Positions 35,481 through 45,718 are shown, counted from the first letter of the stretch. The stretch is DNA of 64,000 nucleotides from Deltaproteobacteria bacterium (GCA_040218735.1 JAVJQW010000061.1:128001-192000); one strand, 5' to 3'. Program-made: numbers and translations. Notes: a model not told the origin generated them from the letters alone.

Positions 35481-35526
35481 TTGACGTCTAAACAAAACCT
35501 GGACATTGTCCAGGTCATGTCCAGGT
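35481..35526 (+). promoter_or_regulatory. Putative promoter/operator: TTGACG -35, palindrome ACCTGGACA-T-TGTCCAGGT and a direct repeat overlapping the ECF start codon
   Basis: Perfect 9-bp inverted repeat at 35497-35515; second TGTCCAGGT at 35518-35526; locally AT-rich. Confidence 0.55.
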
Positions 35527-36167
35527 TCAAGCGCGCCACCGACAAGACCCGGGAAGAGTTCGATGCCCTCACGGCCGAGTACGTCGGCCCCCTCTACGCG
35601 GCGGCCGTCCGGCTGACCCGCAACCCGAAGGACGCCGAGGACCTCGTCCAGGACACCTACCTCAAGGCGTTTCGCTTCTTCGACCGCTTCAAGCGCGGCA
35701 CGAACATCAAGGCCTGGCTGTTCACGATCCAGACGAACACGTTCATCAACCAGTACCGCCGCCGTCAGAAGGCGCGCGAGATCGCCGAGACCCCGGCGAC
35801 CGAGCTGCTCGAGGATCGCTTCGTCTCGTCGCAGCGTCTCCGCGCGCTCGAGAACCCGGAGGGCGACTTCTTCGATCACCTCCTGAGCGACGAGGTCCTC
35901 GCCGCGCTCGACCGCGTCCCGGTCGACTTCCGCATGGCGGTCATCCTCTCCGACATCGAAGGGTTCTCGTACAAGGAGATCGCCGAAATCATGAAGTGCC
36001 CCGTCGGCACCGTGATGAGCCGCCTCTACCGCGGCCGGCGCGCGCTGCAGGAGCAGCTGTACGCGTACGCGATCGACGAAGGCGTGCTGAACCCCGCGCG
36101 CGACGAAGACGGCGAATACGTCGACCTCAAAGCGTACCGCGAGCAGAACAAGCGCAGGTCGGCGTGA
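35517..36167 (+). CDS. ECF sigma factor (SigH/SigR/RpoE-like)
   Basis: [25 protein letters not shown] and [26 protein letters not shown] motifs. Confidence 0.95.
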   Translation: MSRFKRATDKTREEFDALTAEYVGPLYAAAVRLTRNPKDAEDLVQDTYLKAFRFFDRFKRGTNIKAWLFTIQTNTFINQYRRRQKAREIAETPATELLEDRFVSSQRLRALENPEGDFFDHLLSDEVLAALDRVPVDFRMAVILSDIEGFSYKEIAEIMKCPVGTVMSRLYRGRRALQEQLYAYAIDEGVLNPARDEDGEYVDLKAYREQNKRRSA

Positions 36168-37135
36168 GTCGAATCCTCGTCACGGGCGCCACCGGCTTCG
36201 TCGGCCGCGCGCTGAGCCGACGCCTCCTCGACAGCCTGCACGACGTCGTCTGCGGCAGCCGCGACCCGGACGCCGCCGCCCGACGTTTCCCGACCCAAAC
36301 CTGGACAAGATTCGACCTCGACGACGAAGCGTCGATCGAAGCCGCGCTCGAAGGCACCGACGTCGCCTACTACCTCGTCCACGGCATGGCGGTGGGCGAA
36401 GACTACGCGGAGCGCGAGCGCGAATGGGCGATCCGCTTCATCGACGCCGCGGAGCGCGCCGGCGTCGGGCGCGTCGTCTATCTCGGCGGCGTCGAGCCGA
36501 CCGACGAACCGTCGCCGCACCTCGCGAGCCGCCTCGACACGGGGCTGCTCCTGAGACGGCGCGCGGCGAAGGTCCGCGTCCTCGAATGCCGCGCGGCGAT
36601 GATCGTCGGCACCGGCAGCGAGAGCTGGCGCATCGTCCGCGACCTCGCGTCGCGACTCCCCGCGATGGTGTTGCCGCGGTGGCTGGAGAACCGATCGCAG
36701 CCCGTCGCGCTCGACGACGTGATCGAGGCCCTCGTGCACGGCGCGACCTCCGACGCGAGCGGCGTCTACGGCCTCCCTGGCCCCGACACCCTCACCGGCG
36801 AGCAGATCCTCCGCATCACCTCGCGCCTGAAGGGCATCCGGCCGGTCTGTGTCTCGGTCCCGTTCGTCTCGCAGCGCCTGTCGAGCCACTGGATCCGCTG
36901 GGTCACGCGCGCCGACCCGGGCATCGCGAAGGAGCTCGTCCAGGGGATGTCGAGTGACCTCGTCTGCCGCGACACGCCATACTGGTCCCGGATGCCGAGC
37001 TACGAACCGACGTCCTTCGAGCCCGCCGCGCGCCGCGCGATCGAGGCCGAAGAGCCGACGCTCCCCTGGACGACGCGCGCCACCGAAGGCCTGATCCGCG
37101 CCGTCGCCCTCTCACCGACGGCCGACCCCGGTTGA
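36164..37135 (+). CDS. NAD(P)-binding atypical SDR (YbjT-like)
   Basis: GTGA coupling; [24 protein letters not shown] and QPVALDDV motifs. Confidence 0.88.
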   Translation: MSRILVTGATGFVGRALSRRLLDSLHDVVCGSRDPDAAARRFPTQTWTRFDLDDEASIEAALEGTDVAYYLVHGMAVGEDYAEREREWAIRFIDAAERAGVGRVVYLGGVEPTDEPSPHLASRLDTGLLLRRRAAKVRVLECRAAMIVGTGSESWRIVRDLASRLPAMVLPRWLENRSQPVALDDVIEALVHGATSDASGVYGLPGPDTLTGEQILRITSRLKGIRPVCVSVPFVSQRLSSHWIRWVTRADPGIAKELVQGMSSDLVCRDTPYWSRMPSYEPTSFEPAARRAIEAEEPTLPWTTRATEGLIRAVALSPTADPG

Positions 37136-37725
37136 ACGTGCGCATCCTCGTGACCGCGGCCGGCCTCGCGGGCTGGGCCGTCGTCGTCGCGACGTTCAAA
37201 GGGCCCGGCGTCTACACGCCGCTCGCGATCTACGCCGGCCTCTTCGCCGCGCTGCTGCTGGCCCTCGACCGCGAGCGCCTCGCGACCTTCCGCCCCGACG
37301 CACGCGCCGTCGCGATCGGGATCGCCGGCGCCCTCGTGATGATCGCCGGCTCCTACGGATCCTTCGCGCTCGCGTCGTCGCTGTTCCCGGCGGTGCACGC
37401 CGACGTCGCCGTCGACTACGCGACCACGAACATCGGCGGCAACTGGGCCGTCGTCCCGCTGCTCGTCGTGGTCATCGTCGCCGAGGAAGTCATCTGGCGC
37501 GAGGCCCTCTTCGACCCCGCCCACCCCATACGGAGCGGCGCCCTCAGCGTCGCGCTCTACGTCGCCGTGCAGATCGGCTTCGGCTCGTGGGTCGTCTTCG
37601 CGCTCGCCGCGGTGTGCGGCGTCTTGTGGACGATCGAACGCGCGTACACGAAGAGCCTCGTCGCCCCGATCCTGACCCACGGCATCTGGAACCTCACGGT
37701 GTTGGTCGCCTTTCCGCTGATTTGA
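37132..37725 (+). CDS. CPBP/CAAX (Abi) family intramembrane metalloprotease
   Basis: AEEVIWR and THGIWN motifs; multiple TM segments. Confidence 0.85.
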   Translation: MNVRILVTAAGLAGWAVVVATFKGPGVYTPLAIYAGLFAALLLALDRERLATFRPDARAVAIGIAGALVMIAGSYGSFALASSLFPAVHADVAVDYATTNIGGNWAVVPLLVVVIVAEEVIWREALFDPAHPIRSGALSVALYVAVQIGFGSWVVFALAAVCGVLWTIERAYTKSLVAPILTHGIWNLTVLVAFPLI

Positions 37726-37798
37726 ACGCCCCGCGATCTTTTTCGTTACGCCCGGGCCCTGGCCGATCCACGAACGAGGGGCGAGAGTCGCATCGCCC

Positions 37799-39298
37799 AT
37801 GCTCGCCCCGCTCCTCGCCCTGACCGCGCTCACCGCGGCCGCTGCTCCGGCCACCGACGAAACCATCGTCGCGCTCGTCGTCGGCAACAACCTCCCCCTC
37901 CCCGGGAGCGGCTACCCACCGCTGCAGTACGCCGACGACGACGCCTTACGCTTCGCCACCTACTTCGAGGAGCTCGGCGCCCAGGTCTTCACCACCACTA
38001 GCGTCGACTTCGACACCGCCCAGCGCTACCCCGCACTCGCCGATCGCGTCGCCGTCCCCACGCGCGCGCACGTGCTCGAACAGATCGCCGGCGCCCGCGC
38101 CGCGCTCGCCGCCGCCGAAGGCCCGCGCGTCCTCTTCGTCTACTTCTCGGGGCACGGCTCCGTGACTTCGTCGGACGCCTACCTCCACCTCGTCGACGGC
38201 CGCTTCTCCCGCACCGATCTCCACGAGCAGATCCTCCGCAACATGCCGGCGGAGCGCGTCCACGTGATCATCGACTCCTGCCACGCCTACTTCCTCGTCA
38301 ACGCGCGCGGGGAGCGCGTCGCCGTCGCGCAGGACGAGGAGTCACTCGACCGCTACCCGCACGCTGGCTTCCTCCTGTCGACGAGCCGCGGCAAGGAGGT
38401 CCAGGAGTGGTCCGGCTACCAGGCCGGCGTCTTCAGCTACCAGGTGCTCGGCGCGCTCCGCGGCGCGGCCGACGTCGACGGTGACCGCCGCGTCTCCTAC
38501 GCAGAGGCGCACGGCTACGTCGTCGCCGCGAACCTCGGCGTGAAGAACCCGAGCGCGCGCATCCAACCGTACGTCCGCGAGCCGATCGTCCGCGGCGACA
38601 CCCTCCTCGACCTCCGCCCGCTCCCCGACGTGCGCCGTGTCCGCGTCCCCGAGGCCATCGCCGGGCACTTCGTCGTCTCCGACGCCGCCGGGACACGCGT
38701 GCTCGACGCGCACAAACCGGTCGACGCGACGCTCGAGCTCGTCTCGCCCCCCGACGCCGCGCTGTTCCTCACCACCGGCGAAGACGTCTACGACACCCGC
38801 GCCGACGACGACGGTCGCCTGGTGTTCGAAGGGCCCCTCACCGAACGCCCGGCGGTGCTCGCGTCGAAGGGATCGATCGCCGACGAGTTCCGCGACCACC
38901 TCTTCGTGCACCCCCTCACCGTCGACTTCGTGCGCGGCCTCGACGCCGCCCACGACGCCCTACGCCCCACCGCGATTCGACGCTCCGCACCGCCGTGGGA
39001 GCGGGACCCGATCACCCTCGGCCTCCTCGGCGCGGCCGCGGCCGGAGCGATCACCGGCGTCGTCGCGACGGGTTACTACGTCCGCGACCGCCGGCGCTTC
39101 GAGCGACGACCGGTGACCCCCGAGCACGAGGCCCTCCGCAGCGACGCCGAGCGCGCGCGCGCAGTGCTGATCGGCGGGTTCGTCGCCGGCGCGTCGTTCC
39201 TCACCGCGGGCATCATCCGCGCCGTCTTCACCAACGGACCCGCGTGGGCCGTCGCCCCCACGACGAACGGCGCCATCGTGTCGGGAGCCTTCCCATGA
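37799..39298 (+). CDS. Caspase-family (C14) peptidase with signal peptide and C-terminal TM helices
   Basis: ALVVGNN, LQYADDDA, catalytic YFSGHG and IIDSCH, GAADVDGD. Confidence 0.9.
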   Translation: MLAPLLALTALTAAAAPATDETIVALVVGNNLPLPGSGYPPLQYADDDALRFATYFEELGAQVFTTTSVDFDTAQRYPALADRVAVPTRAHVLEQIAGARAALAAAEGPRVLFVYFSGHGSVTSSDAYLHLVDGRFSRTDLHEQILRNMPAERVHVIIDSCHAYFLVNARGERVAVAQDEESLDRYPHAGFLLSTSRGKEVQEWSGYQAGVFSYQVLGALRGAADVDGDRRVSYAEAHGYVVAANLGVKNPSARIQPYVREPIVRGDTLLDLRPLPDVRRVRVPEAIAGHFVVSDAAGTRVLDAHKPVDATLELVSPPDAALFLTTGEDVYDTRADDDGRLVFEGPLTERPAVLASKGSIADEFRDHLFVHPLTVDFVRGLDAAHDALRPTAIRRSAPPWERDPITLGLLGAAAAGAITGVVATGYYVRDRRRFERRPVTPEHEALRSDAERARAVLIGGFVAGASFLTAGIIRAVFTNGPAWAVAPTTNGAIVSGAFP

Positions 39299-42200
39299 AA
39301 CGCATCCTCTTCGTCGCGGCGCTCCTCGTGCGCTGCAGCGACTACACCTCGCTCGTCTGCGAGCCCTGCGAAGGCGGCTGCAGCGAAGGCCTCACCTGCG
39401 AAGCCGGCCGCTGCATCGCCCCCGGCGCGAGCTGCGGCCTCGAGTGCACGCGCTTCGAACCGTGTGAAGGTGCGACCGAGATCTGCTCCGCCGGCGCGTG
39501 CGTCGGGACGTGCACCACCTCGGCACAGTGCAACGGATCCGGACCGTGCCTCGATGGACGCTGCGTCGCGGCGTGCGGCCCGACGTACCCGTGCGGAGTG
39601 GAGATCGGCGCGGAGCGCATCGCCGACGTGGAGGTCGAGATCGAGCTGTCGACCTTCGGCGGGGTCTTCGCCGACGTCTCGAACGACCCGACGTTCGCCG
39701 AGGCCGCGACCCGCCGCATCGCGATCCAGCGCAACGACGACACCGCCCCGCTCGCGACTCAGACCGAGCCCTGGAGCCTCGCGCCGTGTGCGGCCAACGC
39801 CTGCCCGCGCGCGGTCTACGTCCGGTTCCTCGACGGCAACGGCGACGCGATCGAGACCGCGGAGGATCACGTCGTCGTCGACGCCCGCGATCCCGACCTC
39901 GCCGAGCCCCCCACGTTCGAGCTGAAGCCGCCGCGCGGCGCGCCGGTCGAAACCGTCGACCGCGCCACCCGGGACTCACGCCTCCGCCTGAGCCTGGCCT
40001 TCGACGAACCGATCGAGACCCTGCAGATCGGTTGGGACGGCGCCTCGGACGCCGCCTGGCAGATCGTCCGCGACGCACCCGAGCGCTTCACCGCCACCGC
40101 GACGATCACCGACACACCGACCGAGGGCGCGCACATCCTCTTCGCCAACGCGACGGATCGCGTCGGCCGCGCGACGAGCTTCGACGTCGCGACCGTCGAC
40201 TTCGATCGCACGCCACCCGCGACCCCGAGCGATCTGCTCGAACACCGACGCGTGGACGCCGTCGCCCCACGGCGCATCACCGCCGAAGCGGGCACACTCG
40301 AACCCGGCGTCCTCGTCCGCGTCGTCGACGGCGACGGCACCGAGCTCGGCCGCGGCGTCGCCGACGCGGCGGGCGCGCTCGACGCGATCGAGGTCGAGTC
40401 CGAAGAAGACGTCCTGCGCGCGGAGCTCGTCGACGGCGCCGGGCTCGCGAGTGAACGGGCGCGCGTCCACAACATCCGCGCGACGCTGCGGCTGGCCAGC
40501 GATCGGCACACCCTCTCCTATTCCTACGGCGTCCCGATCCCGGACGACGGCGAGATCCCGTTCGAGATCTTCAACGAAGACGATAGCGTCGAGAACTACC
40601 GCGGCGGGCCCTGGGTTCGCGAAGCGTCGTACGCCTACGACCGGCTGCGTCCGCTGGTCGGCGCGACCATGACGTTCGACCGCCGCTTCTCACAGCTCGC
40701 GCAGTACGGAGGCTGGCGCTACGAGAACACCACCCTCGAACCCAACCTGAGGCTCTACACCTCGAACACCACCGCGTCGCCCACGCAGCTCCCCGCCGAC
40801 GCGTCGAACGCGACGCTCGTCTCCGTCCCCGCCGTCGGCGGGCTCCTCGCGGTCGGGCACGGCTGCTGGGTCTACGACACCGACGACTGGACCCCGCTGA
40901 GCTCGAGCCACACTTGCAACGCAGACACCGCGGCCTACGACCCGAGCCGTGACGAAACGATCGGAGCGAGCTGGGACGAGCTGGAACGCCTCGACGTGGA
41001 CCTCGCCTACTTTCGGCCCGTTTCGCGATTCGTCGACGTCGACGCCGGAGATGCGTTGGTCTACGACGAAGCCCGCGATCGCGTCGTCGTCCTCCGGCGC
41101 TCCGGCTACACCGCCGTCTTCCACCGAACGACCGGCGCCTGGGGCCCCGTCGATTGGTTCCCCGGCTGCCCCTGCGGACTTCGGGAGTTCGGACTGGATC
41201 GACCGACCGTCGCCTACGACGAAGCCCGCGGCCAGGTCGTCGCGGCCGGCAACAGCGACGGGCACGTGGAGCTGTACACCCTCGGCGAGTGGTCGTGGAC
41301 GCCGATCCCCGTCACGGGGGACCGGCCGATCGATCGCGTCGGCGCAGCACTCGCCTACGATCCGCTCTCTCGTCGCCTGATCCTCACCGGCGGCTCCCAC
41401 GACCGCACGTCCCTCGCGCCGCGCACCGACGCGTGGGCGTTCGATGGGACCCGCTGGTCGCCGCTCACCGTGGTCGTCGAACAGCCCGCCTCGGGATCGA
41501 GCTCCATCGCGTACGACGTCGCGCGCGGCCGGGCGGTCGCGCTCGTCACGAACATCCCCGTCGACGCGCTCGGGCCCCGCCAGGAGACTTGGATCTGGGA
41601 CAGCCGCCGCTGGATCGACACCGGCGCGACCCTCCCCAACTCGGGCCACGACGGCCGCGTCATCTACCACGCGGGTCTGGAGCGCGTCGTCGCGATTCAG
41701 TTCGGGCAGGTGTGGACTTGGGAGGGCGACGCCTGGCAGCCGCTCGCCGGCGCCGGCACGCCGCCCCCCAACGTGCAGCTCGCCGCGCTCGCGTACGATC
41801 CGAACACCGACGCCATCCTCGCGTTCGGACCGAACCGCACCGACGAGCTGTGGATGCTCGGCGCCAACGGCTGGCAACAGATCCCACCGACCACGCCGTG
41901 GCCGTCCCCACGGATGCGCTCGGCGTTCGTGCACGACCCGGTGAGCAACCGCATGATCCTCTTCGGAGGGACCGACGTGGTCGGCCCGCTGCGCGACGTC
42001 TGGAGCTGGGACGGCGTCGCCTTCACGCAGCTCTCCGCCGCCGCGATCTCCGGCCTCCCCGAAGTGAACCCGGAGGCCATCGCCTACGACGCGGCGTCCG
42101 CCCAGGTCGTGCTGCTCGACCGCGGAACACTCTACGACCTCGACCGTACGAACGGGACGTGGACGTACCGCTCCAGCGACCGACACCGCGAACACGCCTC

Positions 42201-43311
42201 GCTCGTGTACGACGTCGACGAAGGTGAGCTCCTCGTCTACGGCGGCATGGACCTATCCGGCACCGCCTCCCGCGAGCTGCATCGCATCCGCGGCAACTAC
42301 TGGTACGAAGCGGAGCCCGAAATCGTCGCGCGCTACACCTACCCCGACGGCGTCGCGATGGTGTCCGAGACGAACCCGCCGCGCCTGTCGCTGCTCTCGG
42401 TGTCTCGGCTGTACGGCCACCCGGGGCGACGCTTCGACCGATGGACGTTCGGCGCGCGGTCCTTCGTACTCTCGCGCCCCGGACCGGACGACGCGATCGA
42501 GGACGCCCCCGTCGCCGCCTACCACCAAGGCCGCGAGACGATCGTGGTCTTCGTCGAGGGACGCACGTTCACGTCGACGACCGGCGGCTGGATCGAACAC
42601 GTCGGCCCCGGCCCCGCGGACCGCACCGACCACGCGCTCGCGTACGACCCCGCGACGGACAGCGTGCTGCTCTTCGGCGGAAGGGATCGCCTCGGCGTCT
42701 CGCTCGACGACACGTGGACGTGGGACGGCGCGTGGACCCAACACCCGTCGGGGCCCTCCGCGCGCTACGACCACGCGATGGCGAGTGACCCGCGCCGCGA
42801 TCGCGTCGTCCTGTTCGGCGGGCGCTCCACCGCGACCGCGATCCTCGACGACACCTGGATCTGGGACGGCAACACGTGGACGGCCGCCGCGTCGACCGGC
42901 CCGACCGCACGTTACGACAGCGCCATCACCTTCGACCCCGACGCCGGCGAAGTCCTGCTGGCGAGCGGCGTGAGCGCGACCGGCGCCGACCTCACCGACG
43001 CCTGGCGCTTCGGCGCGACGTGGCGCCACGTCGGCGTCCCCGTCCGCGGCACGACGCGCGCGCTCGGCTACGACCCCGTCGCGAAGACCATCGTCGCGTA
43101 CGACGAGTACGGCGCGAACGTCTGGGGCCGCGGCGCGATCTCGGCGGCCGGGGTGTTGCTGAACGTGGAGGTGGCCCGCGCGACGGAGCGCCGCGCGCTG
43201 GACGACGTGGACGTCGAGGCGCTGCACTTCGAAGCCGGCGCGGGGGGCGTCGGCGTCGACGGACGCGAAGGCGTCGAGCTGTGGCTCCACGATCTGCACG
43301 CCCGCGAGTAA
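39295..43311 (+). CDS. Large lipoprotein with Cys-rich, Ig-like and Kelch-like beta-propeller repeats; probably truncated by an in-frame TAA
   Basis: ATGA coupling; LLVRC lipobox-like motif; many AYDP...LFGG...DTWxWDG repeats. Confidence 0.85.
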   Translation: MKRILFVAALLVRCSDYTSLVCEPCEGGCSEGLTCEAGRCIAPGASCGLECTRFEPCEGATEICSAGACVGTCTTSAQCNGSGPCLDGRCVAACGPTYPCGVEIGAERIADVEVEIELSTFGGVFADVSNDPTFAEAATRRIAIQRNDDTAPLATQTEPWSLAPCAANACPRAVYVRFLDGNGDAIETAEDHVVVDARDPDLAEPPTFELKPPRGAPVETVDRATRDSRLRLSLAFDEPIETLQIGWDGASDAAWQIVRDAPERFTATATITDTPTEGAHILFANATDRVGRATSFDVATVDFDRTPPATPSDLLEHRRVDAVAPRRITAEAGTLEPGVLVRVVDGDGTELGRGVADAAGALDAIEVESEEDVLRAELVDGAGLASERARVHNIRATLRLASDRHTLSYSYGVPIPDDGEIPFEIFNEDDSVENYRGGPWVREASYAYDRLRPLVGATMTFDRRFSQLAQYGGWRYENTTLEPNLRLYTSNTTASPTQLPADASNATLVSVPAVGGLLAVGHGCWVYDTDDWTPLSSSHTCNADTAAYDPSRDETIGASWDELERLDVDLAYFRPVSRFVDVDAGDALVYDEARDRVVVLRRSGYTAVFHRTTGAWGPVDWFPGCPCGLREFGLDRPTVAYDEARGQVVAAGNSDGHVELYTLGEWSWTPIPVTGDRPIDRVGAALAYDPLSRRLILTGGSHDRTSLAPRTDAWAFDGTRWSPLTVVVEQPASGSSSIAYDVARGRAVALVTNIPVDALGPRQETWIWDSRRWIDTGATLPNSGHDGRVIYHAGLERVVAIQFGQVWTWEGDAWQPLAGAGTPPPNVQLAALAYDPNTDAILAFGPNRTDELWMLGANGWQQIPPTTPWPSPRMRSAFVHDPVSNRMILFGGTDVVGPLRDVWSWDGVAFTQLSAAAISGLPEVNPEAIAYDAASAQVVLLDRGTLYDLDRTNGTWTYRSSDRHREHASLVYDVDEGELLVYGGMDLSGTASRELHRIRGNYWYEAEPEIVARYTYPDGVAMVSETNPPRLSLLSVSRLYGHPGRRFDRWTFGARSFVLSRPGPDDAIEDAPVAAYHQGRETIVVFVEGRTFTSTTGGWIEHVGPGPADRTDHALAYDPATDSVLLFGGRDRLGVSLDDTWTWDGAWTQHPSGPSARYDHAMASDPRRDRVVLFGGRSTATAILDDTWIWDGNTWTAAASTGPTARYDSAITFDPDAGEVLLASGVSATGADLTDAWRFGATWRHVGVPVRGTTRALGYDPVAKTIVAYDEYGANVWGRGAISAAGVLLNVEVARATERRALDDVDVEALHFEAGAGGVGVDGREGVELWLHDLHARE

Positions 43312-43524
43312 GTGCGCGTCGCGGCGAACACCGCGGACGAGGACGCGCTCGACCACGTCACCGCGACGGTGCCCGGCGAAGACCTCTCGCGCTTCGTCGA
43401 CCGGCGCGGTCGATCGCTGGTCTGGGTCCGCACTTCGAGCGCGACGGGCGACGCGACCGAGATCCCGTCGCTCACCGTGGACTTCGTCCGCGCGCGCCTC
43501 GACTACCGGATCGAAGAGGAGTGA
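43312..43524 (+). CDS. In-frame C-terminal continuation of the upstream lipoprotein (split gene fragment)
   Basis: GAG TAA GTG CGC: same frame, no spacer, no clear RBS. Confidence 0.55.
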   Translation: MRVAANTADEDALDHVTATVPGEDLSRFVDRRGRSLVWVRTSSATGDATEIPSLTVDFVRARLDYRIEEE

Positions 43525-43589
43525 GGGCGCCGTGGACCTTGACGCTCCCCGGGTCGCAGTGGGAAGCGGCCCCACGCCGTCGGTTCGGG

Positions 43590-44177
43590 ATGTCGTCGAA
43601 GTACCGCGAAGACGAAGCGCTCGTGGCGCGAGTGCTGGCGCGCGAAGACGGCGCGCACGACGCGCTCGTAGCGCGCCTGACGCCGGTGGTGCAGGAGCGC
43701 GCGAACGCCGCCGCGCGCCGGTTCGCGCTCACGGACGATCGTCGCGACGACCTCGTGCAGGAGCTGTGGGTGATGCTCGGGGAGCACGACTACCGCGTGC
43801 TGCGCTCGTACGCGGGGCGGAGCCTCCTCACGACCTTCACCTACGCGATCGCGACCCGCTTCTTCTTCCGCCGCGCGCGCAAGCTCCGCGACACCCGAAT
43901 ACCGACCGCCGAGGTACCCACGTCGCTCGAGGACCCAGCGCCTTCACCGCTGAACGAAGCGGCGCGACGTTCGGAGGCAGCGCGGGTGCGCGAGGTCGTG
44001 GAGGCGCTCGGCGACGACGACCGCTTCCTGCTCCACATGTTCTACGAGCAGGACGCGACGGCGGAGCTCATCGGTCGCTCGCTCGGCATCAGCGCCGCGG
44101 GGGTGCGCATGAAGAAGCGCCGGCTGCTGGCGAAGCTCGGCAAGAAACTCGCCGCGCTGCGGAGCGGACATGAGTGA
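43590..44177 (+). CDS. ECF sigma factor
   Basis: DEALVAR, DDLVQELW and LRSYAGRSLLTTF motifs; region-4 HTH (LIGRSLGISAAGVRMKKRR). Confidence 0.85.
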   Translation: MSSKYREDEALVARVLAREDGAHDALVARLTPVVQERANAAARRFALTDDRRDDLVQELWVMLGEHDYRVLRSYAGRSLLTTFTYAIATRFFFRRARKLRDTRIPTAEVPTSLEDPAPSPLNEAARRSEAARVREVVEALGDDDRFLLHMFYEQDATAELIGRSLGISAAGVRMKKRRLLAKLGKKLAALRSGHE

Positions 44178-44886
44178 CTTCGAACGCCGCGCCGACGACT
44201 GGCTGCGCGAGCACCACGAGGACCTCGTGGAAGACGCCGGAGGCCAACACCTCGACGACGCACGTCTCGCCTCGATCGCCGACGCCGGCGAAGCGCTGAC
44301 CGCGGCGGAGCTCCACCACCTCGCGCGCTGTGCGGAGTGTCGCGAAGTGCACGCGGCCCTGTCGCAAACGAACGTGGTCCCGCTCCGGCGACGGCGTCTG
44401 TGGCTCGGCGTCGCGGGGCTCGCGGCGGCGGCGGCGATCCTGATCGTGATGCGGCCGGCGGAGGACGCCGGTTACCGCGCGAAGGGCGAAGCGCAGGAGC
44501 TGGGCGTGGCGAGCGTCGCGCTGATCGCGACTTCGACCTCCGGCGCCCGACGCGACCTGCGCGAAGGCGACACGATCCGACGCGGCGAGCGCCTCGGATT
44601 TCGCTACGGCAACCCCGGCGACCACCGCACGTTGACGGTGCTCGGCTGGGACGGAGACCAGGTGCACTGGTTCTACCCAGAGCGAGCGTCCGGAGCACCG
44701 GCCGAGCTCGAGTCGGGCGCGCTCAACCGCCGCCTCCCGTTCGACGTCGTGATCGACGAGGAGCTCGGCGCCGAGCTGGAGGTCGTGGCGGCGTTCGACG
44801 CCGACCCGGACACGTTGGCCGAGCAGCTTCGGAGCGGCGCGCGCCCCGAGGGGGTCACGGTGTTCCGGGTACAAGTTCAGCCGTGA
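44170..44886 (+). CDS. Zinc-binding anti-sigma factor with TM and DUF4384-like periplasmic domain
   Basis: HLARCAEC (HxxxCxxC), a TM segment, RAKG and GERLGFRY. Confidence 0.8.
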   Translation: MSDFERRADDWLREHHEDLVEDAGGQHLDDARLASIADAGEALTAAELHHLARCAECREVHAALSQTNVVPLRRRRLWLGVAGLAAAAAILIVMRPAEDAGYRAKGEAQELGVASVALIATSTSGARRDLREGDTIRRGERLGFRYGNPGDHRTLTVLGWDGDQVHWFYPERASGAPAELESGALNRRLPFDVVIDEELGAELEVVAAFDADPDTLAEQLRSGARPEGVTVFRVQVQP

Positions 44887-45718
44887 GCGATCGCCGCAAC
44901 ACGATCGCCCCGTTCGCCTGCACCGCGAACACCTCGTACCCCGCGCGCATCAGCATCATCAGCATCCCGCGGAAGCGGTTGTACGTCTTCACCTCGATCG
45001 TCTCGAAGCCCTCCGCCGCGCACCACGCGTGCTGCGATTCCAACAGCCGCAGCGCCACGCCGCGCCGTCGGAACGCGGGGCGCACGCCGCCGATCCACGA
45101 GTAGAAACGTTCGGGCGTGTCGGCGTAGCCGACCTTGAAACCCGCGTCCTCGCCGTCGATCACCGCGACCTGCATCAACGCCCTCCGCAACCCCACGCGC
45201 GACGCGATCGTCTCGGCCGTCGTCGCCGACAGCTCTGGGACTTCGGCGCACATCGCCGCGATCCGCTCCGGCGTCGCGTCCTCGATCGAACACGACGCGG
45301 GCGGCCGCGTCGCGTGGATGTGAACCGCGAGCCAAATCGCGTCGCCGGAGCACTTCGTGACGCGGTGCCGGCGACGCGCGGGGATGTAGACGGCGTCGCC
45401 GCTGCGGAGCGCGATCGAATCCGCGCTGAGCACCGGGCGCGCAACACTCGCCCCGTCGCCATCGGCGTGACGCGCCGAACCCGGATCGGCATCGCCGCGC
45501 GACGACACGCGCTCCGGGTTCGCGTCCTGCGACGCATCCTCCATCTGGAGCGTCGCCTCGCCGCGCAAGAGCACGACCCACTCGTCCTGCGGCTGCGTGT
45601 ACACCTCGCCGTCCTCGTACGCGGCGCTGACGATCCGCTCGATGACGACGTTGCGGCGGGACAGCAGCGTTTCGAAGCGCTCGCCCGCGCGCACAGGATC
45701 CGCGTCGAAGAGGTTCAC
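44855..45718 (-). CDS. Cupin-GNAT acetyltransferase fusion
   Basis: Cupin motifs IERIVS, QDEWVVLLRGEA and IPARRRHRV; GNAT motifs GFKVGY, YSWIGGVRPAFRRRGVA and VKTYNRF. Confidence 0.8.
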   Translation of the reverse strand: MNLFDADPVRAGERFETLLSRRNVVIERIVSAAYEDGEVYTQPQDEWVVLLRGEATLQMEDASQDANPERVSSRGDADPGSARHADGDGASVARPVLSADSIALRSGDAVYIPARRRHRVTKCSGDAIWLAVHIHATRPPASCSIEDATPERIAAMCAEVPELSATTAETIASRVGLRRALMQVAVIDGEDAGFKVGYADTPERFYSWIGGVRPAFRRRGVALRLLESQHAWCAAEGFETIEVKTYNRFRGMLMMLMRAGYEVFAVQANGAIVLRRSLTAELVPGTP

